Virus record (IMG/VR): IMGVR_UViG_3300029705_000039
Origin: a virus
Lineage: Duplodnaviria > Caudoviricetes
Direction: 5' to 3' (one strand)
DNA length: 64,000 nucleotides
A program made the translations under genes and the position numbers. The notes under the pieces were generated by a model, which was given only the letters and a program-made list of their open reading frames with translations, was not told where the DNA came from and did no database searches. Shown here piece after piece: positions 63,742-64,000 of this stretch. Each line of letters opens with the position of its first letter. Position 1 is the first letter of the stretch.

Positions 63742-64000
63742 ATGATTAAGATTAATGATGTTGATGAATTATTTGAAATGGAGCCTATGCGCTATTGGAG
63801 TCTGCCTTCTGGTCTTACTGATATCGAACGTCAGGAAAAATTAAATATGGCACTTTCTACGGGTGAATATATTTATAGCCTTAAAACAGATGGCAATCTG
63901 ATTCGTGCTGTTATCACTCCTGACCGTTTTGCTCTTCAAACTCGCGGTAGAGGAAGAAATACCGGTGTATTTGGTGAAATTCAAGATAAAGTTTTTTGGG
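63742..64000 (+). CDS. ATP-dependent DNA ligase, N-terminal part (runs off the window)
   Basis: YSLKTDGN (KxDG motif I) followed by QTRG. Confidence 0.65.
   Translation, partial: MIKINDVDELFEMEPMRYWSLPSGLTDIERQEKLNMALSTGEYIYSLKTDGNLIRAVITPDRFALQTRGRGRNTGVFGEIQDKVFW

Overview
Fragment of a large, AT-rich tailed-phage genome, probably from a Firmicutes/Clostridia-infecting gut-type phage. It uses genetic code 15 (TAG read as Gln), so the supplied standard-code ORF track fragments many genes. Bases 1-19 are Illumina adapter. Layout: duplicated tail-fibre/receptor-binding cassettes (0.5-8 kb); a long, almost TAG-free region of small genes behind TTGACA-17-TATAAT promoters (8.6-36.4 kb) that includes an RNA-repair-like set (DUF2828/vWA protein split by a group I intron, RNA ligase, Thg1, PNK-like kinase, three metallophosphoesterases, nucleotidyltransferase, YqeY); a minus-strand cassette; TAG-rich lysis genes; an operon with a pentapeptide-repeat protein, two radical SAM enzymes and two glycosyltransferases; and about 25 tRNA genes mixed with non-coding elements. 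The window ends with nucleobase salvage genes, RNase H, a dNMP kinase, a GIY-YIG endonuclease and a partial DNA ligase. The most striking observations are: a tRNA-Gln split in its anticodon by a complete CCA-ended tRNA-like element; a tRNA-Pro split by an endonuclease ORF with no room for a ribozyme; five stem-clamped (A/C)CAGCAA ncRNAs carrying variable cargo, including a circularly permuted tRNA mimic; an amber-suppressor tRNA with a long variable arm; and the hidden pentapeptide-repeat candidate substrate of the radical SAM/glycosyltransferase operon. All family assignments come from motif recognition by eye, with no database searches.
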